DNA from: Halorarum halobium
GTDB lineage: Archaea > Halobacteriota > Halobacteria > Halobacteriales > Haloferacaceae
Length of the DNA stretch: 64,000 nucleotides
NCBI RefSeq assembly: GCF_032116555.1
Contig: NZ_CP134949.1
Span: 806,001 to 870,000 of the forward strand
Direction: 5' to 3'
The notes below the pieces were generated by a model. That model saw only the letters and a program-made list of their open reading frames with translations, was not told the DNA's origin and made no database searches. The stretch's first letter is position 1, and each line of letters starts with the position of its first letter. The translations under genes were made by a program, and so were the position numbers. Below, piece by piece: positions 18,785 through 28,337 of the stretch.

Positions 18785-19956
18785 TGGTTGGCGTGGTCGG
18801 TGAACGTGAGTCGTTCTCGGAGGTCGCGCGCCGCCGCGAGCAGGTCGTCGGTGTCCGAGTCGGCGTCGGTCAGCGTCACGTGACCCATCTTGCGCAGCGG
18901 GCGCACTTCGTGTTTACCGTACCAGTGCAGGTGGGCGTTCGGCACGGAGAGGGCACGTTCGACGCCGCGGAGCCGTGCCGGCTCGGGCTCGTCGACGTCG
19001 CCGAGCACGTTCGTCGTCACGGTCGGCGCGCGCGCCTCGGCCGGCGCGAGCGGCCACCCGAGCACGGCGCGGACGTGCTGTTCGAACTGCGAGGCGGTCG
19101 CGCCCTCGATGGTCCAGTGGCCCGAGTTGTGCGGGCGCGGGGCGACCTCGTTGAGCAGCACGTCGCCGCCGGCGGTTTCGAACAGTTCGATGCCGAAGAC
19201 GCCGCGCCCCTCGAGCGTGTCCAGCGCGTCGAGCGCGACCTCGCGGGCGCGCTCGGCGACCGCGTCGCTCGTCCGCGCGGGAACGACCGTCTCGCGGAGA
19301 ATTTCCGCCTCGTGGACGGTCTCCGTGAGGGGGAACGCGCGCACCTCGTCGTCGCCGCGGACGCCGATCACCGCAACCTCGCGCTCGAAGCCGATCAGTT
19401 CCTCGGCGAGCGCGCCGCCGGTTTCGGCACCGACCTCCGCCAGCGCCGCCCCGTAGTCGTCGCCGCGTTCGACGGGGCGGTTGCCGCGACCGTCGTAGCC
19501 GCCGGTCCGGGCCTTGAGCATGACGCCCTCACCGGGCAGTCCCTCGACCGCGTCCGCGAGGTCGTCGGCGTCGTCGACGCGGACGAACTCCGGCACCGGC
19601 ACCCCGGCGTCGGCGAACGCCCGGTTCTGCACGAGTTTGTCCTGGATCGTCCGGAGTGCGTCGGGCGAGGGATGGACCGGCACGTCCGACTCCTCGTGGA
19701 CCGCAGCGAGCACGTCGGGGTCGGCGAGTTCGATCTCCAGGGTCAGCGCGTCGGCCCGTTCCGCGAGCGCCCGCACCGCCTTCGGGTCGTCGAACGCGCC
19801 TGCGACCTGGTCGGCGACGCCCGCCGCCGGGCAGTCCGGCGTCGGGTCGAGCACGACCACGTCGACGCCGAGCGGCGAGGCGGCCTCCGCGAGCATCCGG
19901 CCGAGCTGCCCGCCGCCGACGACGCCGAGCGTCGGGCCGGGACACGTCGGGTTCAC
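18781..19956 (-). CDS. purK: N5-CAIR synthase
   Basis: GVVGGGQLGRM, GGYDGRG, NEVAPRPHNSGH, WYGK...RKMGH; GTG start about 27 nt downstream of TTTATT. Confidence 0.93.
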   Translation of the reverse strand: MNPTCPGPTLGVVGGGQLGRMLAEAASPLGVDVVVLDPTPDCPAAGVADQVAGAFDDPKAVRALAERADALTLEIELADPDVLAAVHEESDVPVHPSPDALRTIQDKLVQNRAFADAGVPVPEFVRVDDADDLADAVEGLPGEGVMLKARTGGYDGRGNRPVERGDDYGAALAEVGAETGGALAEELIGFEREVAVIGVRGDDEVRAFPLTETVHEAEILRETVVPARTSDAVAERAREVALDALDTLEGRGVFGIELFETAGGDVLLNEVAPRPHNSGHWTIEGATASQFEQHVRAVLGWPLAPAEARAPTVTTNVLGDVDEPEPARLRGVERALSVPNAHLHWYGKHEVRPLRKMGHVTLTDADSDTDDLLAAARDLRERLTFTDHANQ

Positions 19957-20083
19957 GGCCGCTGCTTCGGCATCTCCGCGAATAAATCTTACCAACTGTA
20001 CCTGAATGTGTGCGCGTTCGTGTGTACTCCGTGCGGTCGGAAGCGCCGGGCGTCGCTCGCGGCCACGGTCCTCGCCCGCGGCC

Positions 20084-21994
20084 TCAGGCTTCGCCCGCGG
20101 CAGCGCGCGCGTCGGCCAGCGCCTCCTCGTCGAACAGGAACACGATGTCCTCGCCCCAGAGCTTGAACGGATGCTGGCGCGCCTCGTAGCCCTCGTAGCG
20201 CTCCGTGAGGTCCTCGCGGTCCCGGGGCATCGCGATGATGACGGGCGGCGGGTCCTGCGGGAGGTCGTCGTAGCGGGCCGAGGGCGGCGTCGACTCGATC
20301 TCGGCCTCGGAGAGCTCCAGATACCACGGGAGCGGCAGCCGCGAGTGCCACGCCGGACCGCCGGCCGGCATCCGCTCGTCGCTCGACTCGTTGGCGACGT
20401 ACAGCTCCTCCTCGCCACCAGCGGTCTCGGAGCCGACGAACAGCACGTCCGTCCCCTCGTTGTACTCGGCGACGAGCCGCGCGTCCGCGAGCGTCGACTC
20501 GATCTCGTTTGCCGGCTGGGACCACTGGAGCACCTCCTTGTCCTCCTCGGTCGAGGCGTTCCAGTAGTCGGCGTTCGCGGCCGCGACGCCGCCCGCGGCG
20601 GCGAAGATGACCAGCCCGGCGAGCGCGACCCCCGCGACGTCCTCGAACGCGAGCGACCGGTCGAACGAGTCGAGCACGCTCGTCACGCCGACGGCGGCCG
20701 GAACTGAGAGCGGGAGCACGATGTGAACCGCGGCCCAGGGCGCCTCGATGTCGGTCGCCACCGGGTAGCCGACGAGCGACGCGACCGCCCAGTAGGCCGC
20801 GAACGCGACGACCGGCCGGTTCCGGCCGCCGTAGCCGTCCGCCAGGAAGCCCAGCGCGGCGAACACGACGACGACGCCCGAGCCGTACACCAGCGTCACC
20901 CCCAGATCGTGCAGGTATGGGACGTAGTTGTGGCCCGAGTGGGTGCCGGATGCCCACGTTCCGTAGAAGCGCTCGGCGGGGGGTACGGTCGCCTCGTAGA
21001 GGAGTTCGCCGGGCGGCACGGTCCCGGAGAGGGCGTTCCAGAGCTCCGGCCGGGGCGCGTAGAAGAACGTCACGACGGCGAGGAACGTGCCGACGACGCC
21101 GACCGCGACGAGCGGGACCCAGATCGCCACGTGGCCGAGGAAGCCGGCTTCGGGCGCGAACGGGCCGATTCGGCCGCCGCGCTCCCCGACCCGGGATTCG
21201 ATGGCGTCGCGGGTTCGTCGCCCCGCCGTCCAGTCGCGGGCGAACCGGACGAGGGAGACGGCACTGCCGGCGGCGGCATCGAGCAGGGTGTCGGCGTTCC
21301 GGGACGAGCGGACGAGGTAGTGGTCCGCCAGCAGGAACGCGCCGCCGGCGAAACACAGCAGGTAGAGGAGCGCGTTCTCCTTGGCCGCGAAGCCGAGCGC
21401 GATCAGGACCGCCGCGGGGAACAGCGGACGGACCCGCCGGCTGTCGTAGGCGTGGACGGCCAGCGCGAACGCGCCGAACGAGAACGCGCCCACCAGCACG
21501 TCGCCGCGCATGAACCGCGAGTAGTAGAGCAGCAGCGGGTCGAGCGCGAGGACGGCCGCGAGCGCGACCTGCTCGCGCCCGGAGAGCCGCGAGTGGAAAC
21601 AGAGCGCCGCGAGCGGGAGCAGCCCTCCCACGACCGCGACGGGGAGCCGCGCCGCGAAGTCCGAAGCGCCGACGAGATCGAACAGGACGTTGTTGACGAC
21701 GGGGAGAAACGGGCCGTGGATGATGGGACGGTAGAAGAACTCGCCCGTCGCGTCGAAGCGGAGGATCCAGTAGCCGACGCGGCCCTCGTCCCAGTGGAAC
21801 ACCCGGCCGCCGAGGTCGACGACCCGGAGCAGCAACGAGAGCAGGGTGACGAGGACGACCCCCTGCGTGGCAGGCGAGCCCGGGAGTCGGTCGGTCAGTC
21901 GCGTGGCGGCGGAACGATCGGGGCTGTGGCGGTCGGCGGGGGCTGACGTGTCGCCGTGTTCGCCGGAGGGCGCGTCGCCGGCCGCCTCGCTCAT
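20084..21994 (-). CDS. TIGR03663-type (Agl23-like, GT-C/PMT-related) polytopic membrane protein
   Basis: RVFHWDEGRVGYW, YRPIIHGP, YYSRFMRGD, KEN, PWAAVH, LPLPWY. Confidence 0.72.
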   Translation of the reverse strand: MSEAAGDAPSGEHGDTSAPADRHSPDRSAATRLTDRLPGSPATQGVVLVTLLSLLLRVVDLGGRVFHWDEGRVGYWILRFDATGEFFYRPIIHGPFLPVVNNVLFDLVGASDFAARLPVAVVGGLLPLAALCFHSRLSGREQVALAAVLALDPLLLYYSRFMRGDVLVGAFSFGAFALAVHAYDSRRVRPLFPAAVLIALGFAAKENALLYLLCFAGGAFLLADHYLVRSSRNADTLLDAAAGSAVSLVRFARDWTAGRRTRDAIESRVGERGGRIGPFAPEAGFLGHVAIWVPLVAVGVVGTFLAVVTFFYAPRPELWNALSGTVPPGELLYEATVPPAERFYGTWASGTHSGHNYVPYLHDLGVTLVYGSGVVVVFAALGFLADGYGGRNRPVVAFAAYWAVASLVGYPVATDIEAPWAAVHIVLPLSVPAAVGVTSVLDSFDRSLAFEDVAGVALAGLVIFAAAGGVAAANADYWNASTEEDKEVLQWSQPANEIESTLADARLVAEYNEGTDVLFVGSETAGGEEELYVANESSDERMPAGGPAWHSRLPLPWYLELSEAEIESTPPSARYDDLPQDPPPVIIAMPRDREDLTERYEGYEARQHPFKLWGEDIVFLFDEEALADARAAAGEA

Positions 21995-22029
21995 TGCCGC
22001 TTCCTCGCGCGCCCCCGGTAACAACTCTT

Positions 22030-22900
22030 GTGATTGCTGCTGTTCGGTGATCTCGTGGGTGGAATCGCGAATGGAGGACTGATGGTACACTGAGTGTATT
22101 TCCGCGTCGCTAGACCGGCTGTTCGGTGGCAGACCACTACTGCTGGCGGTGATTTCGGCCTCGCCCTCCCTTACCTCGGAGCGAGCTCCTCGGAACTCAC
22201 CCTCGTGGTTCGAAAGACGCCAGGGCGTCTTTCGTCAGTACGGGAAACCGACGGTTCCCCGTCAGCGGTCGGATTCCGTCGGAATCCGACAGCATCACGA
22301 AAATCTTCGATTTTCGAACGACTGCGCTCGCGTGAGCAGCCGCTTGCGATGCTCGCTCGCAGGCTCGCTCCGGTGCTCACCCCTCGCGCGCATCCGGCGG
22401 GCACTCACCGAGACCTGCGGTCTCGTGAGATCACCCTCGCTCGCAGGCTCGCTCGCGTGAACGGAGGCCCGTCAGCACGCGCCGACCGCACTTGACCGGA
22501 CGAGCCGCGTGGCGCGCGGCGGTCAAGCGCCAGCGAGACCGCTCGTGCGAGGGACGAGCACCGCAGCGACTGAGCGAAGCGAAGGAGCGAGGAGCGCAGG
22601 AGGCTGGGGAGGGTGAGGCGCGGTGCCGTGCGGTGGGTGGGACTGAAAGGGGCCGCGGCTGTCGGCGACGCCCGGTGCCTCAAGCACCGCAGGGAGCGAA
22701 CGGAGTGAGCGACCGAGGAGCGCAGAGCGTACCACGCGAGCCGACAGCCGCGGGGGCTTTCGAGGCGTGCGTCATCCCCATAGACCAAGCGTGTGAGCTG
22801 GCAGCCGCGGGGGCTTTCGAGACGTACGACACAGTAGCCAAACGTCCACAGAAGCTGACAACCGCCGGGACGTTCGAGGCGGCCCACGCCGAGTTCGGAA
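22030..22900. repeat. Composite repeat cluster C (back-to-back copies, hairpin chain, 57-bp tail array)
   Basis: Contains a reverse copy of A, four short hairpins, the GGGTGGGACTGAAAGGGGCC...GGGGCTTTCGAG module, and TTCGAG at a 57-bp spacing. Confidence 0.85.
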
Positions 22901-23004
22901 CGACACCGAGCGCGACACCCCGTACCCGACAGCAACGGGCCAGTCGAGAAGCCCGATAAGCCAGCTTCGGAACCCTTACGCCCGAAACCCCCACACGTCC
23001 TACA

Positions 23005-24054
23005 ATGAGCGACGAACCGGTCGTGCGCGCGGACTCCCTCCACAAGTCCTACGACGACACCGTCGCGCTCGCTGACGTCTCCCTCGCCATCCCCGCGGGC
23101 GAGGTGTTCGGCCTCATCGGTCCGAACGGGGCCGGGAAGACGACCCTCGTCAGGGCGCTGACCGGCACCACGAGCGTCGACGGCGAGGTCCGGACGTTCG
23201 GCGTCGCGCCGACCGACGCCGACCGCGGGCGGGTCGGCCTGCTCCCGCAGGAGTTCTCACCGCCCGAGCGCCTCACGGCGCGCGAACTCGTCGCGTACTA
23301 CGGCGGCCTGTACGACGACGACCGCAACCCCGATTCGGTGCTCGCTGACGTCGGCCTCGCCGACGCGGCCGACACCTGGTACGAGGACCTCTCGGGCGGG
23401 CAGAAGCGCCGCGCCTGCGTCGGCATCGCGCTCGTCAACGACCCCGACCTGCTGTTCCTCGACGAGCCGACCACCGGAATCGACCCAGCCGGGCGGCGCG
23501 CGCTCTGGGACCTGCTCGACGGGCTCGCGGCGGGCGGCACCACGGTCGTGCTGACCAGCCACTCGATGGACGAGGTCGAACGGCTCGCCGACCGCGTCGG
23601 CCTCCTCCGGGACGGACGGCTCGTCGCCGTGGGCTCTCCCGGCGAACTCGTCGCGGAGCACGGCGGCCCCGCGCGGCTGGTCGTCGGCATCGGCGAGCCG
23701 GCCAACGCGACCGACACGAACGGGGCGGCCGGTTCGAGCCCCGCCGGCGACGTCGGCGCGGACGCGCTCCGCGGGGCCGGCTTCGACGTGGAGGCCGGCG
23801 CCGACGAACTCGTGGTCGAGGGCGTCACGCCCGCCGACCTCGGACGGGCGGTCGCCGCGCTCGACGGGACCGGCGTCACCTTCGAGTCGCTGACCTGGAC
23901 CGAGCCGTCCCTGGAGGACGTCTACCTCCGCCTCACGGGCGAGCAGTTCGAGGGGGCGGTCACCCCCGGCGCGAGCGTCGTGGACGGCGGTGCCGACGCC
24001 GGCGCGAGCGAACCGGACCCGGCGACCACGCCCGGGACGGAGGTGGGCGAGTGA
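23005..24054 (+). CDS. ABC-2 type transporter ATP-binding protein
   Basis: GPNGAGKTT, LSGGQ, LFLDEPT, SH. Confidence 0.93.
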   Translation: MSDEPVVRADSLHKSYDDTVALADVSLAIPAGEVFGLIGPNGAGKTTLVRALTGTTSVDGEVRTFGVAPTDADRGRVGLLPQEFSPPERLTARELVAYYGGLYDDDRNPDSVLADVGLADAADTWYEDLSGGQKRRACVGIALVNDPDLLFLDEPTTGIDPAGRRALWDLLDGLAAGGTTVVLTSHSMDEVERLADRVGLLRDGRLVAVGSPGELVAEHGGPARLVVGIGEPANATDTNGAAGSSPAGDVGADALRGAGFDVEAGADELVVEGVTPADLGRAVAALDGTGVTFESLTWTEPSLEDVYLRLTGEQFEGAVTPGASVVDGGADAGASEPDPATTPGTEVGE

Positions 24055-24830
24055 GTCGCCTCCGCCGGGTCCGGGCCGAGGCGACGGCCGCGTACCGCTC
24101 GTTCCTCCGCCGGAAGACGGCCGTCTTCTTCACGTTCTTCTTCCCGGTCATCCTCGTCGTCATCTTCGGCGCGCTGGTGACGACGCGGCCCGGCGGCGGT
24201 GGGCTGTTCGCGGAGCCGGCCGCCTACTACGTGCCGGGCTACCTGGCGACGGTCGTGCTGTTCACGCCGCTCTCGCGGGTCGGCTCCGAGATCGCCCGCC
24301 ACCGCGACGGCAACCGGTTCGAGAAGCTAGCGACGACGCCGCTGTCCCGCGGCGAGTGGCTGCTCGCCCACACCGCGGTCAACGTCCTCATCATCGGCGT
24401 CGCGTCGGCGCTCATCCTCGCGCTGACGCTGCTGCTCACGGGCGCGAGGATTCCGGTCACGCCGGCGCTCGCGCTGCTCGTCCCGCTCGTCGTCGTCGGC
24501 GTCGTCCTCTTTTGCGGGTTCGGTGCGGTGCTCGGCAGCCTCGCGGACTCCCAGGACGGCGTCATCGCCGCCTCGAACACCATCGCGCTCCCGCTATTGT
24601 TCCTCTCGGACACGTTCGTCACGGGAGACCTGCTGCCCGCGTGGTTCGCGCCGGCAGTGAACCTCTCCCCGCTCACCTACTTCGCGCGCGGGGTCCGGGG
24701 CGTCACGTACGCCGTCGACGGGACGCCCTACGCGCCGCCGCTGGGCGTCGCCGGCAACCTCGCGGTGCTGACCGCGCTGGCGGCCGTGTTCTTCGTCGCC
24801 GGCGCGTACGCGATTCCGCGGACGGACTGA
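24051..24830 (+). CDS. ABC-2 type transporter permease
   Basis: About 6 TM segments, FEKLATTP, LSPLTY; start overlaps the ATPase stop. Confidence 0.9.
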   Translation: MSRLRRVRAEATAAYRSFLRRKTAVFFTFFFPVILVVIFGALVTTRPGGGGLFAEPAAYYVPGYLATVVLFTPLSRVGSEIARHRDGNRFEKLATTPLSRGEWLLAHTAVNVLIIGVASALILALTLLLTGARIPVTPALALLVPLVVVGVVLFCGFGAVLGSLADSQDGVIAASNTIALPLLFLSDTFVTGDLLPAWFAPAVNLSPLTYFARGVRGVTYAVDGTPYAPPLGVAGNLAVLTALAAVFFVAGAYAIPRTD

Positions 24831-24989
24831 CGCCGACCCCGCGTCCGCCGTTCGGCCGGTCCCACGCCGTTCCGGCTCCTTCGTCCCGTTCCGGCTCGAC
24901 CGCGTCGTTCCGGTTCCTTCGCCCCGTTCGGACCCTTCCGCCCGGCGAGCACGGCGTAGCTTCTTGTCGACTCCCGTCCACCAGTCCCC

Positions 24990-26252
24990 ATGAGCGGGCG
25001 CGAACCGGACGCCGAGGTGCTCGTCGTCGGTGCGGGGCCGGGCGGCGCGACCCTGTCGTACCTCCTCGCGCGCAGCGGCGTCGACGTGACGCTCGTCGAG
25101 CGCGAGCGCACCTTCGAGCGGGAGTTCCGCGGGTTCGGCTGGAGCCCCGGCGTCATCGAGCTGTTCGACCGGATGGACCTGCTGGCGGACCTGCGGGAAC
25201 TCGACCACGACGTCGTCACCGCCGGCGCGGGGTCGCTGTACGGCGAGCGCGTCGAACTGTTCGACGTCGATTCGCTGGACGCCGAGCATCCGTACATCAT
25301 GATGATGGAGCAGCCGACGCTGCTCGAACTGATCGTCTCGCGGGCGAGCGAGTACGACGGCTTCACGTTCCGGCCGGCGACGACGGTCACCGGACTCGTC
25401 GCCGAACGGGAACAGGTCACCGGCGTCGAGGCCCACGACCGCGCGGCCGACGAGGACGTGACGCTCCGGGGACGGCTGGTCGTCGGCGCGGACGGCCGCT
25501 ACTCCCGGGTCCGCTCGGCCGTCGGCATCGACGCGGGGCTGTTCGATCCGATCCTCGACCTCGTCTGGTTCAAACTCCCCGTCGAGGACGCCGACCCGGC
25601 GAGCGACACCCAGGCCCACGTCGCTCGGGACGGCATCCTCGTCTCGTTCGGCACCGGCGGCGGCGAGTACCAGATCGGACTGCCGATCCTCGCCGGCACG
25701 TACCCGGACCTCAAGCGCGCCGGCATCGGGGCGTTTCACGACCGGGTCGCCGCCATCGCCCCGGAGCTCCGACCCGCGCTGGAGGAACACGTGTCGAACT
25801 ACGGCGACTGCTCGCTGCTCGAGGTCGCACCCGGCATCGGCCCCGACTGGGTGCGGGACGGCCTCCTGCTGCTCGGCGACGCCGCACACGTCGCATCGCC
25901 CATCGGCGCGCAGGGGAACCCGCTGGCCGTCGCGGACGCGGTCGCCGCGCACGCGACGATCACGGAGGCGCTGGAGCGGTCCGAGACGCCCCTCCCGGCC
26001 GGCGCGCTCGCCCGGTACGAGACGAGGCGTCGACCCGCCGTCGAGGAAACCATCGGGCTCCAGCGCCGCGCCGAGCGCGCGATGGGGCTGTTCCTCCGGT
26101 ACGGCCACCACGTCCCGCCGTCGCTGGCGCTCCGGGGAGCGAAGGCGGGCGCGGGGCTGCTCTCCCGCTCGCGGCTGCTCCGCAGTGGCATCGAGCGAAT
26201 GGCGCTGGGGGCCGCGGACGAACCGGTGGACACGACGCGGTTCGTCGACTGA
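24990..26252 (+). CDS. FAD-dependent monooxygenase/oxidoreductase (UbiH/PHBH-like)
   Basis: VVGAGPGG, VGADGRYS, LLGDAAHVASPIGAQG. Confidence 0.9.
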   Translation: MSGREPDAEVLVVGAGPGGATLSYLLARSGVDVTLVERERTFEREFRGFGWSPGVIELFDRMDLLADLRELDHDVVTAGAGSLYGERVELFDVDSLDAEHPYIMMMEQPTLLELIVSRASEYDGFTFRPATTVTGLVAEREQVTGVEAHDRAADEDVTLRGRLVVGADGRYSRVRSAVGIDAGLFDPILDLVWFKLPVEDADPASDTQAHVARDGILVSFGTGGGEYQIGLPILAGTYPDLKRAGIGAFHDRVAAIAPELRPALEEHVSNYGDCSLLEVAPGIGPDWVRDGLLLLGDAAHVASPIGAQGNPLAVADAVAAHATITEALERSETPLPAGALARYETRRRPAVEETIGLQRRAERAMGLFLRYGHHVPPSLALRGAKAGAGLLSRSRLLRSGIERMALGAADEPVDTTRFVD

Positions 26253-26302
26253 GCCACCCAGGAGGCCCGTTCGTCCGAACCGGTGGCGACCGGCCCCGCG
26301 GA

Positions 26303-27319
26303 TCAGCGGATCGGAACGCCGTCGGCGGTGTCGGGCCGCTCGCGGAGTTCGACCGGGACGGTGACCTCGCCGCCGACGCCCTCCCGGAGCACCGTCACGT
26401 CCACGGATTCGCCCGGCTCGGTGTCGACGATGAGTCGCCGGATGAGCTCCTCGCCGGACCGCACCGGTTCGTCGTCGAGCGCGACGACGACGTCGCCGCC
26501 GACGGGCACCTCGCGGCCGCGGACGCGGGTCGTCCGGTCACAGCCCCGGAGCCCCTCGTCGCCGGCCTCGACCACCAGCACGCCGCCCGGTTCGGGGAGC
26601 CCGTTCGCCTCGGCGACGGCGGGCGTCGCGTCCAGGGTTCTCGCCCGGAGGTACGAGTGCCGGTAGATGCCGTCGGCGACGAGGCCGGGCACGACCCGGT
26701 TCACCAGCCGCGCGGAGACGGCGAAGCCGATGTTGTCCCCGCCCGTCGCGCGGTTGACGCCGACCACCTCGTACGCCGCGTCCGAACCCGCCGCGTCCGG
26801 GTCGTCGGGATCGACCGCCTCCCGGGACGCGAGTGCGACGAGCGGCCCGCCGCTGTTGCCGGGGTTGATGGGGGCGTCGGTCTGAACGACGTCGGGGATG
26901 GCGAAGCCGCCGCGGGTCGACATCGACCGGTTCACGCCCGAGACGATGCCGGCCGAGACGGAGCCGTCGAGCCCCATCGGGTTGCCGAGCGCGGCGACTG
27001 GTCGGCCGGGTTCGGGCACGTCCTCGGCGACGGCCAGCGGCGGCGCGTCGGCGGGGAGGTCGGGAACCCGGACGACGGCGAGGTCGGTGTAGGCGTCGCT
27101 GCCGACGACGCGCCCCGCGCGCCAGCGGCCGTCGGCGAGACGGACGTGGACGTCGTGCTCGTCGCGCACGACGTGGTCGTTGGTCACCACGTGGCGCCGG
27201 TCGTAGACGAACCCGGAGCCCGCGCCGCGCGAGCCCGCCGATGAGCCGACGTAGATGGAGACGACCGAGGGGGCGACCGCGTCGTAGAGCCGCTCGAAAT
27301 CGAGTGACTTGGAGGTCAT
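26303..27319 (-). CDS. HtrA/DegP-like trypsin serine protease with PDZ domain
   Basis: GSGF, TNDHVV, DLAV, QTDAPINPGNSGGPL, GGDVVVALD. Confidence 0.92.
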   Translation of the reverse strand: MTSKSLDFERLYDAVAPSVVSIYVGSSAGSRGAGSGFVYDRRHVVTNDHVVRDEHDVHVRLADGRWRAGRVVGSDAYTDLAVVRVPDLPADAPPLAVAEDVPEPGRPVAALGNPMGLDGSVSAGIVSGVNRSMSTRGGFAIPDVVQTDAPINPGNSGGPLVALASREAVDPDDPDAAGSDAAYEVVGVNRATGGDNIGFAVSARLVNRVVPGLVADGIYRHSYLRARTLDATPAVAEANGLPEPGGVLVVEAGDEGLRGCDRTTRVRGREVPVGGDVVVALDDEPVRSGEELIRRLIVDTEPGESVDVTVLREGVGGEVTVPVELRERPDTADGVPIR

Positions 27320-27429
27320 CCGCTAGTGTATGCGCCCGACTCGCATACCCCGCTCGCGGTCTGGGTGATGTGGCGCACGACCGAACTGTCAGTGGGGGTC
27401 AGGTTGAGTTCGGATTTTGGTTCGTCTGT

Positions 27430-28250
27430 ACCGCCTCGAAAGCCCCCGCGGCTGTCGGCTCGCGCGGTACGCTCTGCGCTCCTCGGTCGCTCACTCCGTT
27501 CGCTCCCTGCGGTGCTTGAGGCACCGGGCGTCGCCGACTTACGGGAGAGCACGCTCTCCCGAATTCACGGGCGCAAGCGCCCGTGAACGCCGCGGCCTCC
27601 TTCAGTCCCACCCACCGCACCGCAGCCACGGCCTCCCCAGCCGACGAGGCCCCTCCCTTCGGTCGGGACCTCGCCTTCCCTCGGAGCACGCTCCTCGGAA
27701 CTCACCCTCGTGGTTCGAAAGACGCCAGGGCGTCTTTCGTCAGTACGGGAAACCGACGGGTTCCCGTACTGACGAACGGCGCGAGCGCCTTTCGAGCCAC
27801 GCTCCTCGCGCTCCCGACGGTCGCGCTGTGGTGCTTGTCAGCCGCGCCTCGGCGCGGCCGCCGCGCGCCATCTGGATCGCCCAATAGATGCGGTTGGCGC
27901 GTGCCGGCGGGCCTCCGTGCCCGCCGGGCGCGCGCGTGGGATGAGTGAGGGGAGCGACCAGAGGGAGCGAGCCGAGCGAATCGGCTGGGGAGGCGTGTGG
28001 CTGTGCTTGGCGGTCGCGGTGGGTGGGACTGAAAGGGGCCGGCTGGCTCCGCGACCCCCGGAACCCGCAAGCCGAGTGACGAGGAGCGCAGCGCGGTCCG
28101 CGGGAGCGGAGCCAGCCGGGGGCTTTCGAGGTGGTCGCCGCGATACCCGAAACGAGACTGAACGCGACCTACTTGGGGACTTTCGAGGCGGTCGTTACGA
28201 CAACTGAAACAGACCGAAGACGACCCAAAGCAGGGGTTTTCGAGACAGCC
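27430..28250. repeat. Composite repeat cluster D (two outward-facing modules, hairpin chain, 57-bp tail array)
   Basis: 27432-27538 is the reverse complement of 22661-22767; 27690-27759 equals 22185-22254; TTTCGAG at 28124, 28181 and 28238. Confidence 0.87.
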
Positions 28251-28337
28251 CTCACGAACACCGAGACGATCCCGGGGACGGTCCACCAAACGCGCCGACA
28301 GTGAGTTTATCCCGACCGGTCACGTCCACCCACCAAG

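Noticed and set aside
22738..22900. Bona fide CRISPR array
   Set aside because: Only three degenerate units, no cas genes or leader, and the locus D units resemble each other. Reported as a 57-bp periodic array instead.
22094..23045. ORFs inside the repeat clusters (also 27316-28289, 12004-12424)
   Set aside because: They are translations of the palindromic repeat; the same pseudo-peptides recur at each copy and lack halophilic composition.
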